From: an uncultured Granulicella sp. | Lineage (GTDB): Bacteria > Acidobacteriota > Terriglobia > Terriglobales > Acidobacteriaceae | Length of the DNA stretch: 64,000 nt | Reading direction: 5' to 3' | Assembly: GCA_903932155.1 (NCBI GenBank) | Contig: CAIZFH010000285.1 | Coordinates: 1,351-65,350, forward strand | Part shown: piece after piece, positions 63,026-64,000 of the stretch | Position numbering within the stretch: the stretch's first letter is position 1 | How the letters are laid out: each line of letters begins with the position of its first letter | Translations under genes and position numbers: made by a program | The notes under the pieces: model-generated | What the model was told of the DNA's origin: nothing | What the model saw: only the letters and a program-made list of their open reading frames with translations | Databases searched by the model: none

Positions 63026-64000
63026 TTATTGCAACTTCAGTAACTCTTGGCCTGCATCCCTCCCCGTCTGGCCTGTGGGGTCCAGTGCCGCGGCACGTTT
63101 CAGATGTAGTATGGCGTTGGGTTTGTCTTTCATCTTGCTATAGGTCAACCCCAGGTGGAGTTGCATCGAGGGATTGTCCTGGTTGGTCTTCAGCGCTTCT
63201 TCCAGAAGGTCTCGCGACACATAGTAGTTGCCTTTGAAGTAGAAGACCCAGGCAAGTGTATCGGCTGTGTGCGGCGAGTCCGGCAATGCGTGTCGCGCTT
63301 TCTGCGCCAGGGTGAGCGCAACATCGACATTCTTATTGTTTTGCACCATCAGATAGGCAAGATTGTTGGCTGCAATCGCATTGTTGGTGTCCATCTGAAG
63401 TGCCTTCTGATAGTCTTCCATCGCCTTCGACTGGTCACCCTTGGCCTCCTGCAACGATCCGATCATCTGCCACGCATGGGAATCGTTGGGATGCGAACCG
63501 AGCCAGGTTTGCCAGGTTGCGATGGCGGGATCGACATCATTCATACCGATCTCAGCCCGCGTATAAATATTGACCGCGTCGATGCTTGCGGGATTGAGTT
63601 GCATAGCCTTCTGCGAGCTGGCAAGGGCTCCCTTAAAGTCCTTGATCTGCAATTGAATAGCAGCCAGATCGGAGTAGAATCCTGCATTGCCCGGTTCCTT
63701 GGTAATCTGTGCCTGCATCCGCTGTATCGCCATAGCAGGCTGGTTCGCTTGCAGATCATACGCCGCCAGCATACCCAGTGCTCGAACCGAGTTGGGATCT
63801 TTGTCGAGCGACTTTTGAAGCAATACCTTACCCTCGGCAATATGTCCCTGGGCTAACTGTAGCTCGGCCATTTGCAGATACACCGCAGAGTTATCCGGAC
63901 TCATCTTGACTACTGTCTGGTAATCTGCCTGGGCCTTGTCGTACTCCTTGCGGCTAGCCTCCGCCGTGCCCCGCCACAGATAGGCTCCGATAAAGTCCGG
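63026..64000 (-). CDS. tetratricopeptide-repeat protein (N-terminus beyond window end)
   Basis: Frame stays open from 63904 to 64000 (..DKAQADYQTVVKMSPDNS..). Multiple TPR units. Possibly an exopolysaccharide-associated TPR protein. Confidence 0.75.
   Translation of the reverse strand, partial: PDFIGAYLWRGTAEASRKEYDKAQADYQTVVKMSPDNSAVYLQMAELQLAQGHIAEGKVLLQKSLDKDPNSVRALGMLAAYDLQANQPAMAIQRMQAQITKEPGNAGFYSDLAAIQLQIKDFKGALASSQKAMQLNPASIDAVNIYTRAEIGMNDVDPAIATWQTWLGSHPNDSHAWQMIGSLQEAKGDQSKAMEDYQKALQMDTNNAIAANNLAYLMVQNNKNVDVALTLAQKARHALPDSPHTADTLAWVFYFKGNYYVSRDLLEEALKTNQDNPSMQLHLGLTYSKMKDKPNAILHLKRAAALDPTGQTGRDAGQELLKLQ

Noticed and set aside
1-64000. Mobile elements, prophage, defence systems (RM, TA, CBASS, Abi and similar)
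   Set aside because: No integrase, transposase, recombinase, terminal inverted repeats, nuclease/helicase/ATPase defence-type genes or toxin-antitoxin pairs were recognisable. The only foreign-looking segments are the small low-GC regions reported as findings.

Overview
High-GC (~60%) chromosomal segment with about 60 protein-coding genes. I can support no rRNA, tRNA, CRISPR array, transposase or integrase. Gene content and style (many secreted glycan-active enzymes, prepilin-type proteins, signal peptides ending AQA/AHA-Q) suggest an Acidobacteriota (Terriglobia-like) genome; this is inference only. Left to right: a partial ASM-like metallophosphoesterase. A pectin/rhamnogalacturonan locus with three tandem paralogous CE12-type SGNH acetylesterases (each with its own copy of an extended -10-like motif), a GH106-like hydrolase and a GH28 enzyme, interrupted by an actinobacterial-type GT4 glycogen synthase (GlgA/GlgM type). 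Then rsmA, ruvC, thiG, an OprB-type porin and a prepilin peptidase. A 14-kb nuo (complex I) operon ordered nuoA-C-D-E-F-G-H-J-K-L-M-N, which lacks nuoB and nuoI and carries small extra ORFs at the D/E and F/G junctions. Then amt and ribE / ppk1 / ribD. A long minus-strand housekeeping array (ftsY, gpsA, plsY, cinA, pgpA, yacG, rlmN plus hypotheticals). Then an M16 peptidase, a pilin-like protein, lolA, a HAD hydrolase, a degenerate DapA-family protein, aguB and yjbQ. A 2-kb low-GC two-gene cassette (PLP enzyme + C26 amidotransferase-like hydrolase). An acyl-CoA synthetase with an inserted membrane hairpin. Finally the edge of a surface-polysaccharide locus (WbpA/WbpP-like enzymes, O-acyltransferase, TPR protein). 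No recognisable defence or mobile system was found. The most unusual signals are: (i) a dispersed family of imperfect 7-nt tandem repeats (GGTTCRA)n in 5' leaders and once inside coding sequence (pilin leader peptide), plus a second 7-nt-period array (GAACAGG)n inside rlmN; (ii) the B/I-less nuo operon with inserted low-GC mini-genes; (iii) low-GC insertions, namely the acyl-CoA synthetase TM hairpin, the PLP+C26 cassette, and an AT-rich islet encoding a 63-aa membrane peptide with a strong SD. All family assignments come from motif recognition by eye, not from searches.
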